This document shows positions 1-10,655 of a DNA stretch of 64,000 nucleotides, piece after piece. A program made the translations under genes and the position numbers. The notes beneath the pieces are model-generated. The model was not told the DNA's origin and made no database searches. It worked only from the letters and a program-made list of their open reading frames with translations. Each line of letters begins with the position of its first letter. Within the stretch, counting starts at the first letter, position 1. This DNA comes from an uncultured bacterium (GTDB lineage: Bacteria > Verrucomicrobiota > Verrucomicrobiia > Limisphaerales > UBA8199): contig CAVVMW010000010.1 of NCBI GenBank assembly GCA_963749495.1, positions 128,001 to 192,000 of the forward strand, written 5' to 3'.

Positions 1-1754
1 CGGGAACCGCTGGTGTTGTTTTACCGGGACGGACAGTCGGTTGCTGGCGTGGCAGAAGCGCTGGAGTTGAGCGAAGACGTGGTCAAGCAGCGCTTGGCCC
101 GCGGGCGAAAGCTATTGGCACGGCAAGTTGCCGCGTTCGTCGAAGGGGCACTGCAACGTTCCGGACCGGGTGCAGCGTTCACCCTGGGCGTGCTCGGCGC
201 ATTGCCGGTGTTCGGGGATTGCGGCGACCGCCACCGCAGCGGGCGCCGCCGTGGCGAAGGGCGGTGCAACCGCCAAGACCCCGATCGTAACGGGCGCTTT
301 GGCCTCGATTCTGGTGGCCGGGATCCTCTACCCGCTTTCAGTTCTCGCGTCAGCGGGCGTTCCGGGCCTTGGCCTCGGCTACCTGATGCGCGGCGCGCTT
401 CGGCAGTCTGCCCGGCAGCGCGAGCATGTTGTTCGGTTCTGGCGCACGCTGGCGGTGGGTTTCCCGGTCTTTGTGGTTCCAACCCTGGCGCTGGATTACC
501 TGGTCCCCGCCGCTGCGTTGCGGCGAGGGTTTTGCCTTGGGATGACATGGTGGTTGTGCCTGATCTATCCCGTCGTTTTGGGTGCCCTCGCGATCTGGGC
601 CTGGGAGTGGTGGGATGGACTGGCGCGCCCCGAAGCGGAAGGCCTGGAGAGCCTCAAGACAGCCAGCAGGCCGCTCGTGCGTTGGCTTGGTCTGGGGATG
701 ATCGTGCCGGCGTGCGTGCTGCTGCTGTGCCTCATCGATGTCTTTTCCAGGCCCCCCTTTTCTCACTGGCGCTACATCCCGGCCGCGGAGGCGCGAAAGA
801 TCATTGCCGAAAGGAGGGACGCCAAGTTCAGTGTTGAGCAATACGAGACCGGAGGGAGAATGCTGCTCATCCAGCTTATTGAAAGAGGCAAACTCTCCGG
901 ACTTCACGCGTCCGCGAACGAGCCCACGCTCGCGCTGCTCGCTGAAAAGGGCATTGCCTGCCCCACTCACGTCCATGGCCGGCACTTCCTCGGGCTCCCG
1001 ATGCCGCAGCAGTGGTTGTCGCTGTTGTCCATGTTCCTAGTGGCAGCCGGCGTGGTGATTTTGGTGGGCCGGCCTCGCCAGCGGGCGAGCGTGCCGTTCA
1101 CGCCCCCAGTCGCCACAGTCGGCCGGGCAAGGACATCCAGGCCATATGAGTTCCTGGTAACCATACGCACCCAACCCGGCCATGGGAGGTGCTTCCGCTG
1201 GGTATTCATGACGGTTTTCCTTGCGATCCTGGGCTTGACCACCGCGGACGCGTTCCTCGGCGTGCCCAAATACATAGGGACGGCCCGGCTAAGGATCAGT
1301 CCGGCCGATAGGCCTTCGATTATGGAGGAACTGGCCGCAATCCGATCCGAGCGGGTTATGGGAACAGTCGTCCAGAAGATGGATCTGGATCACAAATGGG
1401 GCACGATCTATGGAAATGGCGAGCCTGCTTAGCCGGTCGCAGAGCATGGGTGTGCTCCAAGGCCGCACGGCGGTCAATGGTGCGGGGCAGGACACAATCG
1501 AGATCCACGTCTATGACGCGGACGCCGGCGAAGCCGCCACACTTGCCAATGCCATTGCCGAGGCAGCTCTCGACCACCGCGACGCGGACCAGCCCATGGT
1601 GCGAATCGTGGCGAAGGCAATGCCGCGCTTGAAACCCGCCTGGCCAAACAAACCGGCGGAGCTGCTCTACGGAGCTACGATTGGCGCGCTGCTCGGGTCC
1701 ATTGCCGGGATCTGCGCCGTGGGCTTGCGGAGGTGGCGTCGGAGCCGCAGCTAA
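1..1754 (+). CDS. 5'-truncated ECF sigma factor (sigma4 end) with multi-TM C-terminal extension ending in a Wzz/GNVR-like module; two apparent frameshifts (~212, ~1424)
   Basis: ORF 13.. gives sigma4 (LFYRDGQSVAGVAEALELSEDVVKQRLARGR). Frame 128..1432 continues with an Ala-rich linker, TM helices and KYIGTARLRI. Frame 1410..1754 gives RIVAKAMPRLKPAWPNKP..LLYGATIGALLG. Confidence 0.7.
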
Positions 1755-1948
1755 TCTGATCTTGGAGGCAAGCACCTGGCAGTCACGAATTGGCATGACG
1801 AGCGCAGCATTCTTTGGTTTCTGCGCATTTGGTTGGGGATACGCGCTCCGCTTCAAATGTCCGGGCGCAGACTCAAGCCCGGCACCATGAATCGGCGGGC
1901 AAGGCCTAACGAAACGGCTTCACCGGGGGCCGGAAGCCCGCGACCAGG

Positions 1949-2257
1949 CTACTTCCCGGCAGAGTCGCCATTCTGAGCCGGCCTCCTCCATCTGCGCGCA
2001 AGTTCGGCGACGGCGAAACCGCAGATCAGAATCCCTGCTACGGCCGTCGAAGCAGGGGCCAGCCAGTAGTCCAGGCTAATCGATCCTTCCCCACAGCGAC
2101 TCCCACAACTCGCTGTGACTGCGCGTTGCCAGATGGCATCCCCTGCGCGGAATTGGTAGTATTGCAGCCATGAGCTTTGTTGTGGTCGATGTCGAAGCGG
2201 ATGGTCCGATTCCAGGGGAGTTGGGACTTCATTTGTGAGGAATATCCTGATCCCCAA
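1949..2257 (-). pseudogene. probable C-terminal gene fragment with one TM helix
   Basis: Ends LAPASTAVAGILICGFAVAELARRWRR; no convincing start. Confidence 0.25.
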
Positions 2258-2550
2258 GTTCCGGCTGAGCCAGATGCCAGCGATGCTCGGCTATGCAACG
2301 CTGGGCGCCCTCTTCGCCGGGCTCTACGGCGTCGTCCACGATGAGATTACACACTCCATTTCCCCGGAGTATTTCACCCGGTTGAAATTCCTCCAGTTTC
2401 ATTACGCGGATTTCGGTTTCCCTCCGCGAGTGTTCGTCGCCGAAATCGGTTTCCTCGCGACCTAGTGGGTGGGCTTCATTGCCGGCTGGTTTCTCGCGCG
2501 CGTGGCCCTTTCGTCATTCCCGCCGGCCAAGGCGCGCCTTCACTGCTTCC
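2235..2550 (+). pseudogene. truncated conserved membrane protein with internal stop
   Basis: GLYGVVHDEITHSISPEYFTRLKFLQF..IGFLAT, then TAG at 2463-2465; the frame resumes WVGFIAGWFLARVA and then breaks off. Confidence 0.6.
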
Positions 2551-2682
2551 GGAACTGTGACGGATGAACCACGGTCCAAACCGGTTTCAATCGAGAATCG
2601 CTGGCGCGCAATCCAGCCGTGGTGGCGCTTGTCAGTTAAGCTGCCAGCGCTGGCGCGCTGGGAGGACGTGGCGCCCTGCCGA

Positions 2683-5600
2683 TCATTTATCCAGATCGAT
2701 CGTCCCGAGATCCACCGGCTCACTCGTTTTCGAGTTTCCGCGGTCCGGGACAACGAGCCTCACTTTGTAGATTCCAGCGGTCCGCGGCGGCAGGCCGCGC
2801 TGTTCCGTCGGCACCTCCAGGAGGACTGTCAGATCATATTCGCCGGCCGGAACGTCCTCGGCATGAAGGGTGCCATCGGCATCGAACCACACCGCATAAG
2901 TGCGGGCCTCGCGCCATGCGGCTAAGCCTTCCGGAGACTGCCACCAGGCTATGCGCCTGGCTCCATCCAACTCAGACGCCTTGTCGTAAGCTTCGTCGCT
3001 TGTGAAATCGCTGCGCCTGACCGTCTGCGGCAGGTCGGCCGGTTTCGCCTGGACTCGCTGCAAGTGCCCGTGACTGTGGCTGAAATCGAAGCCGGATTGG
3101 TGTTCGGCCACGAAGATCTTGCCTGTCAAAACCGATCCGTCCCCGCCGAGCTCGACACGGGAGGTCTCGCCCGGGGCGACATGAACCGTCAGGCGGGTCT
3201 CACCCGTCCCTCCTGGGAAACATCGTCCCAGGGCATGCTCGCCCGGCGGGACATCCTCAAAAACGAACCGCCCGTCAGTGTCGGTGGTAGTGGTAAATGC
3301 GTCCGGGCTGAGCAGGACGCTGGAAACCCACGGACCCCAGAATCGCTTGGAGACGGAAACCCAACCCTGCGCGACGGGACCTGTTCGGGAGCGAAGCAAC
3401 CCTTCGATGCGCCCCCATGGCTGAAGCTGCAGCACGGGCTGTCGGTCCAGTTTGTCAATGTCTTGTTCGGCATAGCCCTGGGGATGCACCGCCACGACGA
3501 GCCGCGCCAGGTGATGGCCATACCGCCTAGAGCCCGCCAGCGCCGGATCCTGCCAGGGAACACTGTCGAGGGAGTCAAAGTGGAAGCGGCCATCCTCGCC
3601 GGTCAGGCGGAAGACACACTGATCCCGGTAGAGGAGTTGGCGGCGGCCAAGGATGGGTCCGCGCAGGTGGCTGGAAAGCGCCACCTCGGCATTGGCCGCG
3701 GGCTGGCCGTTCGGAAGCAGGACCACGCCGTTCCAACCGTTCGAGCGCCGCAAGCGAAAGGTGAGCGTGCAGTCGCCGTTTGTCGTCTGGACCGGCTGGC
3801 TCTCGGCTGGATCGTAGCCCTCCGCGCGAATGGCAATTGAGGCTCCCCCGGATGGACCGGAAGCCTTGTCCAGCCGGAGAGTGAACTTGGCGTCCCGGCC
3901 CTCCTTGGAGACGACCGGACTGCCTTGCGGCCTCGCGGACAGCAGAATCTCGAAGGCCTGAATCGGCGCGCCGCTGGCATCCTCATAAACTTCACCATGG
4001 ACGCGGATTCCCATCTCCTCTGCGCTCTCGAGAGTGACGACGTTTTCCTTCCCATCCACCGTGACCCCGGTGGTCGCCAGGCGAAATCCGGGTTTGAATA
4101 TGGACAGGCTCAGCGGGCCATCGGGAGCGCCGTCCCAACTGAACAGGCCGGCGGCATCGGACGTTGTGCGCCACTCGAATTCCGGGCGCTCCGCTTCAGG
4201 CCGGCCGACCGCGATGGCAACGTCCGCCAAAGGGCCGCCGGCGCCGTCCACCACGCGCCCGCGGAGCGCATGGCCTGGAGCGAGCGTCACCAGGGGAACA
4301 GTAGTGGGTCCGCCTACGGCGATGCCGACTGTTTGTGGAGCGTAATGCTCGGCCTGAAAGCAGAGGGCCAGATGTCCAGTCAAGGCATTGAGAATCCGGT
4401 AAGCGCCGTCATTGGCGGTAATGACGCGAGCGTAGTCATCGACCCAGTTGTAGTTCTGGACAACGCGAACTCCTGCAAGCGGCCGCCCGTTTGGGTCCAG
4501 CACCCGGCCGGTGACGAGCAGCCCGCGCTGGAGTTGAACGTGCGCCCGCCCAGTCAGCAGGTCTTCCCTGGCAAGCAGCATCGGCCCGGTGGAGGGGTGG
4601 CGATTGGCATCGCAGACGCAGGTCGCAGGAGGAAACTCCTGGCCGGCAAAGATGATACGGATGTTCTCCCAATCCGGCGGCATACGGTCCCAGGTCCATA
4701 GCCCATCCCGACCGGTGGAGGTGGTTTCAGAGCCGCCGCTGTTGAGCCTGGCCCGTTGGCGGGCAGGAGGACCCGGCTGGAAGACGGCCCCCTGGAGCTT
4801 GACCTGGATGCCCGCCAGGGGGCGGCCCTCCCCGTCGGTGACGATGCCACCGATCCGCGTGCCGGGCGGCATTTTCAACTCGTAGTCGTCCGGGATGTCG
4901 GCGGGTTCGTCTTTTTGGAAATGCGACCAACTCGCCATCATTGTGGCGTAGCCTTCGCGTTCAGCGCGCACGGTGTAGAAGAAATCCCCGGGAGCAGGCG
5001 CTGGACGGGGCACTTCGCAACGACCATCCGCATCGGTCACCGCTTCCCCCAAAGGCTCGCCGCGAAGCTGGATGATACTGGCGGTGACCTTGACGCCAGC
5101 AAGGGGCGCCGCGTTGTTGGCGTCGAGGATGGCTAGCCTGAGGCGGTCCCCGGCCTGAGCCGCGGTCACGGCATTGGTGCGGGGCGCGGCAGGCGCGGGG
5201 CTCAGAGTCGCCCCACTGGCTTCCCTCGGAGTGGCCTGAGCAACATGCCTGCTCGAAAACGCCCGATCGTGGCCGAGCCACATCAAGCCCAAGAGCACCA
5301 CGCCAACCGCCACCGGCAGCGCCACTCGGGAATAAGGTCCAGCCTTCGAAACGAACGCGGCGTCCTGCGAACGGATTCCTGGCTTGGCTACCTGGCTTAG
5401 CACTGAGCCGATGACCGACGCCGGGGGTTGCGCGCCGGCGTTTCGTTCAAGGAGCAACAGCAATGCCGCCGCCGAACAGGTGGCCCCGTGCTGCACGAAA
5501 AACGTCCTCAGCTTCTCCACCGCGCGCCCCACGCGCATCTTCGCGGCGGCCTCGCTGACCCCCAAGCCCTCGCCAACCTCCGCCATTGACATCCCCCGGA

Positions 5601-6012
5601 AGAAGCGACTAAGGATGGCCGCCCGATCCTCCTCGCCCAGGTTCTCCAGGGCTTCGTCTAGTAAAGCCTCGACGCTTTCCCAGGAGGGCGCGCTGCCGGG
5701 ATCATCTGAGTTCATAATGGCCGCCATTTTTTCACGGGCGACCCGCCGCTGGTCGCCTCGGACGTGCATCGCCGCGAGCCGGCGAGTGGTCCCGTAAAGC
5801 CAGGAGGAAAGCTGCCCAGGCTTCCGGATGGACGCAATCTGCCGGGCCAGGGCGCAGAAGACCTCCTGGCAGATTTCCTCGGCCGCGAAGGCATCGCCCA
5901 CATGCCGGCGAGCGGTCCCATACACCAGCCCGGCGTAGCGGCGCACCAGTTCCGCAAAGGCCTCCTGGCTGCCTTGGAGGCGATACTCCCGAATGAGTTG
6001 CTCGTCATTCAT
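2683..6012 (-). CDS. ECF sigma-70 factor fused via a TM helix to repeated carboxypeptidase-regulatory/CnaB-like beta domains
   Basis: MNDEQLIREY..AFAELVRRY..EEICQEVFCALAR..WLY (sigma2) and ILSRFFRGMSMAEVGEGLGVSEAAAKMRVGRA (sigma4). TM VALPVAVGVVLLGLMWL, then repeated G.V.D..G.PLAG(V/I).V and T..DG.F motifs. Confidence 0.9.
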   Translation of the reverse strand: MNDEQLIREYRLQGSQEAFAELVRRYAGLVYGTARRHVGDAFAAEEICQEVFCALARQIASIRKPGQLSSWLYGTTRRLAAMHVRGDQRRVAREKMAAIMNSDDPGSAPSWESVEALLDEALENLGEEDRAAILSRFFRGMSMAEVGEGLGVSEAAAKMRVGRAVEKLRTFFVQHGATCSAAALLLLLERNAGAQPPASVIGSVLSQVAKPGIRSQDAAFVSKAGPYSRVALPVAVGVVLLGLMWLGHDRAFSSRHVAQATPREASGATLSPAPAAPRTNAVTAAQAGDRLRLAILDANNAAPLAGVKVTASIIQLRGEPLGEAVTDADGRCEVPRPAPAPGDFFYTVRAEREGYATMMASWSHFQKDEPADIPDDYELKMPPGTRIGGIVTDGEGRPLAGIQVKLQGAVFQPGPPARQRARLNSGGSETTSTGRDGLWTWDRMPPDWENIRIIFAGQEFPPATCVCDANRHPSTGPMLLAREDLLTGRAHVQLQRGLLVTGRVLDPNGRPLAGVRVVQNYNWVDDYARVITANDGAYRILNALTGHLALCFQAEHYAPQTVGIAVGGPTTVPLVTLAPGHALRGRVVDGAGGPLADVAIAVGRPEAERPEFEWRTTSDAAGLFSWDGAPDGPLSLSIFKPGFRLATTGVTVDGKENVVTLESAEEMGIRVHGEVYEDASGAPIQAFEILLSARPQGSPVVSKEGRDAKFTLRLDKASGPSGGASIAIRAEGYDPAESQPVQTTNGDCTLTFRLRRSNGWNGVVLLPNGQPAANAEVALSSHLRGPILGRRQLLYRDQCVFRLTGEDGRFHFDSLDSVPWQDPALAGSRRYGHHLARLVVAVHPQGYAEQDIDKLDRQPVLQLQPWGRIEGLLRSRTGPVAQGWVSVSKRFWGPWVSSVLLSPDAFTTTTDTDGRFVFEDVPPGEHALGRCFPGGTGETRLTVHVAPGETSRVELGGDGSVLTGKIFVAEHQSGFDFSHSHGHLQRVQAKPADLPQTVRRSDFTSDEAYDKASELDGARRIAWWQSPEGLAAWREARTYAVWFDADGTLHAEDVPAGEYDLTVLLEVPTEQRGLPPRTAGIYKVRLVVPDRGNSKTSEPVDLGTIDLDK

Positions 6013-6098
6013 CTTCGCCCATAGAGTTGCCGAAGCGCGCAAAAGGTAACAGCGGATCTTTCGCCTCAAATGCCCGCAGGCGCCAGACTGAGCGCCAT

Positions 6099-7658
6099 CT
6101 ACCATGAATCTTCAACCCTCCGCGGTTTGGGCACCTGCCGGCCTTCGATCCTGGCCAATGCCACGTCTGCCTGGATCCTGAGCAGATCGGCGAGTGTCCC
6201 TTTTTCTTGCCTGTTCCTGAACTGGCGCAGAACGGGGATGGCGGCCTTCGCGGCCTGGCCGGCGTCTCTCAGTAAAGGGATCGCGTGACCAATGTCTTCA
6301 GGGCGCCCGGTCCTGATTATCTCGATGAGGGCGTCAATGGCGGCGCCATTTCCCGGGTCGTCCTGGAGGAGCGCGCGGGCGGCGATGATGCGACATGGTG
6401 GGTCCTGGCCCTGCAGCACCTTCAGCAGCGCCCGATCCAAAGCTTGCTTTTCCACGCCGAGACTCTGGAGGGCTCCGGTTATGCTCAGGAAATCCGATTC
6501 CCCGAGGTCCTTGCGATCAAGCATGTCCAGGAGGATTGGCATGGCGGGTTTGGCATTTGGGCCGATCCTCCTCAGGCTGTCAGCAAATTGACCGAGATCA
6601 CAGGGGCGTCCTCCTTTCCGCAACTCCTCCCCGAGCGCGAGCGTCGCGGGCAACTCCTGCGCGTCGATCCGGCAAATCACCTCCGCCAGGAGCAACCGCT
6701 GCCAACCCGCCAAACCCGCAGGTTGCCCCCGCACGGAGGGAGTCCCTCCAGCCTGCTCGGCCCGTCGAACCAGTTGCGCAAGCTGTTCCTTGAGCAGGGG
6801 CAGCGCCGGCGCAGCATTCGTGCGCATCGCGCCCAAGACCTGCCCGCACAACCAGAGCAGACTTTGGCCCCAGGGCGTTGGCGCGAACGATTCCGCCTGG
6901 AACGACTTCGCCTGGAGCCACATGAGGTCCGGGAGCAGTCCCCTGAGCGCAGGTCCAAAGCGAGTGATGCTCACCAGGGCAAGTTCCTGCTCGCCTAGGT
7001 TCGTGCTGCGCAGGCTCCGGGCCAGCCACGGGGTGGCGCCCTCCACGGCTCGGGCTTCGACTCCATCGAGGTCCTGCGTTGGACCTATCCCGAATGCTGG
7101 CCCGGGGAAGAAGAACTGTGTTACAAACACTTCGTCGTGGCCCAGCAACAGACGCAACGCAGTGAGGCGCTGGGATAGGTTCGTTCCAGCCAGGTAATTC
7201 GTAATCGAGGGGAGCAGCTCGGCCGGCGCCAGCTTGAGAGCCATCACCCTCTGTTCCCCGGTGGCCCGAACCACGGAAACAGGCACAAAAGGTCGTCCGC
7301 GAAATGGTTTTGGCAGCTTACCCAGCACGGCGTGGAGATCGGTCTGGAACCATGTGTCCTGGTGCGTTGAGAAGCAAACGCCCAGCAGGTAAGGGAGCGC
7401 ATTGGTGCCCAGCGCGTCAAGGGCTTTGGCGGCTTGGTCCCCGAGAAGCGCCCTCTCCCGAGCAGCGCCTTCTCCCGTTTGGACCCACCAGGGGGCGAAA
7501 GGCTCGGATCTGTAATACTGCTGGAACCAACTGCTGACCCTTCGGCCCTGATACGTCGGCTCGCGCGCTCCGCGGCTGAACTGCCAGACCAGCACCCCGG
7601 CCACAATCAGAACGAGGGCCGCTACTAAGCAGGCTCGCTTTTGTTTGACTGGCCTCAT
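6099..7658 (-). CDS. membrane-anchored HEAT-repeat (PBS lyase-like) protein
   Basis: N-terminal TM, EPTYQGRRVSSW, LGTNALPYL, repeated (I/M)GP.A..A.P.L helical units. Confidence 0.8.
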   Translation of the reverse strand: MRPVKQKRACLVAALVLIVAGVLVWQFSRGAREPTYQGRRVSSWFQQYYRSEPFAPWWVQTGEGAARERALLGDQAAKALDALGTNALPYLLGVCFSTHQDTWFQTDLHAVLGKLPKPFRGRPFVPVSVVRATGEQRVMALKLAPAELLPSITNYLAGTNLSQRLTALRLLLGHDEVFVTQFFFPGPAFGIGPTQDLDGVEARAVEGATPWLARSLRSTNLGEQELALVSITRFGPALRGLLPDLMWLQAKSFQAESFAPTPWGQSLLWLCGQVLGAMRTNAAPALPLLKEQLAQLVRRAEQAGGTPSVRGQPAGLAGWQRLLLAEVICRIDAQELPATLALGEELRKGGRPCDLGQFADSLRRIGPNAKPAMPILLDMLDRKDLGESDFLSITGALQSLGVEKQALDRALLKVLQGQDPPCRIIAARALLQDDPGNGAAIDALIEIIRTGRPEDIGHAIPLLRDAGQAAKAAIPVLRQFRNRQEKGTLADLLRIQADVALARIEGRQVPKPRRVEDSW

Positions 7659-7706
7659 GTTCGGTTGGACAAGAGCCACCACTGGAAATTCAGTTATCGG
7701 CGGCCG

Positions 7707-8498
7707 TTAGAATCTGATTCTGCCCCAACCGCCTGTGGCCCCAACGACCAATCGGCCGTCGAACGCCTTGTCCACCGGGCCTTTCTGCGTCACGACCCAA
7801 TCCCCGCCCCAGTGGGCGTCCGGAACCTTCTCATGCGGCACTATTTCATAACGTTGCAGGATGGCCTCATCCTCGGGCGATTGAACGAACGGTTGCAACT
7901 GACCCAGGCTCGAAGGGAACTGGCCATTATTGGCCTCCACATACCTCTTCAGCGCGGGTTGGAGCAGCGAATGAACAAAGTGGGTTTCTCCCGCAGTACG
8001 CAGGCGGCTCATCGCCCGGCGATAATCCACCTCGGTTTTGAGTTCGTCCGGGACCGCACTAAGCCAGTCCTTCTCCGTAAGGAATTTGAACTCCGCAATC
8101 CCGGCCTGCGGGTTCTGCTCCAGGTGCTGCCTGAGTTGCTCCACACGCGCATGCCAGGCCCTGGCCGCGGATTCCGTGAGGTCGTTCGTGTCGGCAATTA
8201 GTGAATGAGTCAATTGATGGTTCTCAGCGCGCAACCTGGAAACCTCACCGCGCAGTTTGGGAAGCTCGGCCAATTCGCGCTGCAGCCGCTCGTTCTCCTG
8301 CTGCGCGGCGGCAAGGCGGTTTGTTGCGTCATCGCGCTCCAGGCCCAATTGACGGGCCTGCTCGGCCAGAGGCGTTTGCTGCTCTTGCTGCGCTAGAAGT
8401 TGGTCTTGCAGGTGAGCAGCCCGGCAGCCCTCGAAAATCGCCGTTCCTGCGGCTGCGGCGATGGTTGCGGCAATCATGGCCTTCTGCAGCGTCTTCAT
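7707..8498 (-). CDS. sigma-less paralog of the ECF C-terminal extension (TM, coiled coil, pilin-like domain)
   Basis: Aligns by eye with the C-terminal half of 25421..27070 (QK..IAAT, ERD.ATNRLA, EL.KLR.EV.RLR, FLT..DWL, NGQFP..L.QL). Confidence 0.8.
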   Translation of the reverse strand: MKTLQKAMIAATIAAAAGTAIFEGCRAAHLQDQLLAQQEQQTPLAEQARQLGLERDDATNRLAAAQQENERLQRELAELPKLRGEVSRLRAENHQLTHSLIADTNDLTESAARAWHARVEQLRQHLEQNPQAGIAEFKFLTEKDWLSAVPDELKTEVDYRRAMSRLRTAGETHFVHSLLQPALKRYVEANNGQFPSSLGQLQPFVQSPEDEAILQRYEIVPHEKVPDAHWGGDWVVTQKGPVDKAFDGRLVVGATGGWGRIRF

Positions 8499-8745
8499 GG
8501 TTATGGACTTGGTTACTCCAGTTTAGGTGATGGCCGCACCTTGCCAAGACTTTTCTCGCCTGATTTACGAGGCAGGGCCTCCCACGGCGCTGTTTCGATC
8601 GGGATGGATTGAGATTGGAATCGCCAAGCGCCCAGCTTATGACCGCGTTGAGACGACCCCAATCAGGTGGCTGCCCCGTGGGGATGGTTTGTTCCAGATC
8701 CTGAGCTGGGTTTGCCTTCCGGCAGCCATCCGGTTGATTTTTTTC

Positions 8746-8773
8746 TGTCGGATTTCGTCTCTGGCGGCTTCTA
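8746..8773 (+). promoter_or_regulatory. putative ECF promoter motif, copy 1
   Basis: TGTCGGATTT-cgtctctgg-CGGCTTCTA upstream of ATG 8790. Confidence 0.6.
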
Positions 8774-8789
8774 TAGATGTGACAGGCGT

Positions 8790-10655
8790 ATGCTGGAAGA
8801 CGACCAACAGTTGTTGCGGAGCTATGCGAGCCACGGCTCGGAGCAGGCCTTCGGCGAGTTGGTCGCGCGGCACATCAATATGGTCTATTCGGTCGCCCTG
8901 CGCCTGGTGCGAGGCGACGTTCATCTGGCCCAGGACATCGCCCAAACCGTCTTCATGGATTTATCCCTAAAAGCAAAATCGCTCGCGCGTGGCGTGGTCC
9001 TAGCAGCCTGGCTTTGCCGGCACACATTCTTCGTCGGCTCCGCCAAAGTGCGCACCGAGCAGCGGCGTCGCCAGCGCGAACGCCAGGCGGTTCAAATGAA
9101 CACGACCAACGAGTCCACCGAACCCGACTGGGAGCAACTGACTCCCATCCTGGACGCGGCCTTGCAGGAGCTCGGGAGCAAGGACCGCAACGCCATCGTC
9201 CTGCGCTATTTCAAGCGGCAGAGCCTGGAATCGGTCGGGGTGGCCCTGGGAATCAACCCGGATGCCGCTCAGAAGCGGGTGTCGAGGGCGCTCGAGAGAC
9301 TGCGCTCCAACTTTTCGAGGCGTGGCGTGACACTGAGTTCGGTGGCCCTGGCGGCGGCCATTGCCACCCATGCGACTGCCGCAGCGCCGGCTGGCCTCGC
9401 GGCAGCCGTCTCGGCCTCGGTGGCCGCCGGCGCAGGGACGGCCGGCGGTGGCGCGCTGGCTTGGGCGGAGCTTTTGGCGGGGCTAAAGACCAAGGCCGGG
9501 GTCGCGTGCACGGCAGCGGCGCTCCTGGTAGGTGTCACCGCTGCCCACCTGCTTCGAACCAGCCCGGTGAAGCCGCAGACTCTCGGGAACAGCGAGCCAG
9601 GCCGCCCCAGGGCGGGTGCGGCCACGGCCACGAATGGTCGAAACAGGACCCCCGGTTTCCATTGGAGCCAGGTCGAATCCAGCGACTACCGGCAATACAT
9701 CGCCAACCTGCGAGCCGTCGGCTGTCCAGAGCCGACCATCCGCGACATCATCATCGCCGACCTCAACCAGGCATATGCCTTGAAGGCGCAGGCGATTTGG
9801 AAGCCGCCAGCGAGGGTTTATTGGAAAAAGCCGCGAGATACCCGGCCTGACGCGGAGCAACTCAAAGCGCTCGCCGCGCTCCGCCGCGAGGAGGCCGCGA
9901 CCATAAAGGAACTGCTTGGGATTTCAGTCTTCGCTCAGGATTATGTGGATCTGGCCGCATTCCAGCTCACCGCCTCGAGCTCCGAGTTCCTCTTCCTGCC
10001 GCCGGAGAAGCGGGAGGCCGCCCGGCGGGTGCTCGCGGAGAACGGCTTCGAGGAAAAGGTGGCGCAGACCGGCAACCCGTATTCGGACCAACGAGAGCTT
10101 TTCGGCGAGAAACTCAAGCTGCTGGCCCAGGTGCTGACGCCGGCAGAGTTGGAAGAATACCGGGTGCGGAACTCGGCCAGGGCCCAGTGGTTGCGCAATG
10201 AGACGCAATACTTCGACTGCACGCCGCAGGAGTTCAAGGCGCTGCTCGACATGCGGGAGGAGCAATTGGCAGCGCAGCCCGATCACTTGGCGGTGGATCG
10301 GCAGACGGCCATCGAGAACGTGCGCCTGCTCCTCGGGGACCAACGGGCCAGAGAATTCGAGCGGGTCAGTGACTACGGCTATTCGAATGGGCGGCGGGCC
10401 GCGGAACGGGCCGGCCTGGAGGGCACTCTGGCGGACCAGGCCGGCCAGATAGTCTATGAAGCGCGGCTCGCGGTCGAGCAAGTGGTCAACGATACCAGCC
10501 TCTCCATGGAGGAACGGCGACACCAGGCCCAGGCCCTACGGGGGCAGGCGGAAGCGCGTCTGAATGAGGTTTTCGGCGGCGAAGCCGGCATTGCCGTTCG
10601 CCAGGCTCTCCGGCTTACGCTCGCCAACTCCGCGCAGCCCCATCCGCGACCATGA
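8790..10655 (+). CDS. ECF sigma-70 factor with TM and helical extracytoplasmic extension (IANLRAVGCPE.TIRD domain)
   Basis: DDQQLLRSYA..AFGELVARH..DIAQTVFMDLS..WLCRH; LRYFKRQSLESVGVALGINPDAAQKRVSRAL; Ala linker; TM; FHWSQVESSDYRQYIANLRAVGCPEPTIRD. Confidence 0.9.
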   Translation: MLEDDQQLLRSYASHGSEQAFGELVARHINMVYSVALRLVRGDVHLAQDIAQTVFMDLSLKAKSLARGVVLAAWLCRHTFFVGSAKVRTEQRRRQRERQAVQMNTTNESTEPDWEQLTPILDAALQELGSKDRNAIVLRYFKRQSLESVGVALGINPDAAQKRVSRALERLRSNFSRRGVTLSSVALAAAIATHATAAAPAGLAAAVSASVAAGAGTAGGGALAWAELLAGLKTKAGVACTAAALLVGVTAAHLLRTSPVKPQTLGNSEPGRPRAGAATATNGRNRTPGFHWSQVESSDYRQYIANLRAVGCPEPTIRDIIIADLNQAYALKAQAIWKPPARVYWKKPRDTRPDAEQLKALAALRREEAATIKELLGISVFAQDYVDLAAFQLTASSSEFLFLPPEKREAARRVLAENGFEEKVAQTGNPYSDQRELFGEKLKLLAQVLTPAELEEYRVRNSARAQWLRNETQYFDCTPQEFKALLDMREEQLAAQPDHLAVDRQTAIENVRLLLGDQRAREFERVSDYGYSNGRRAAERAGLEGTLADQAGQIVYEARLAVEQVVNDTSLSMEERRHQAQALRGQAEARLNEVFGGEAGIAVRQALRLTLANSAQPHPRP

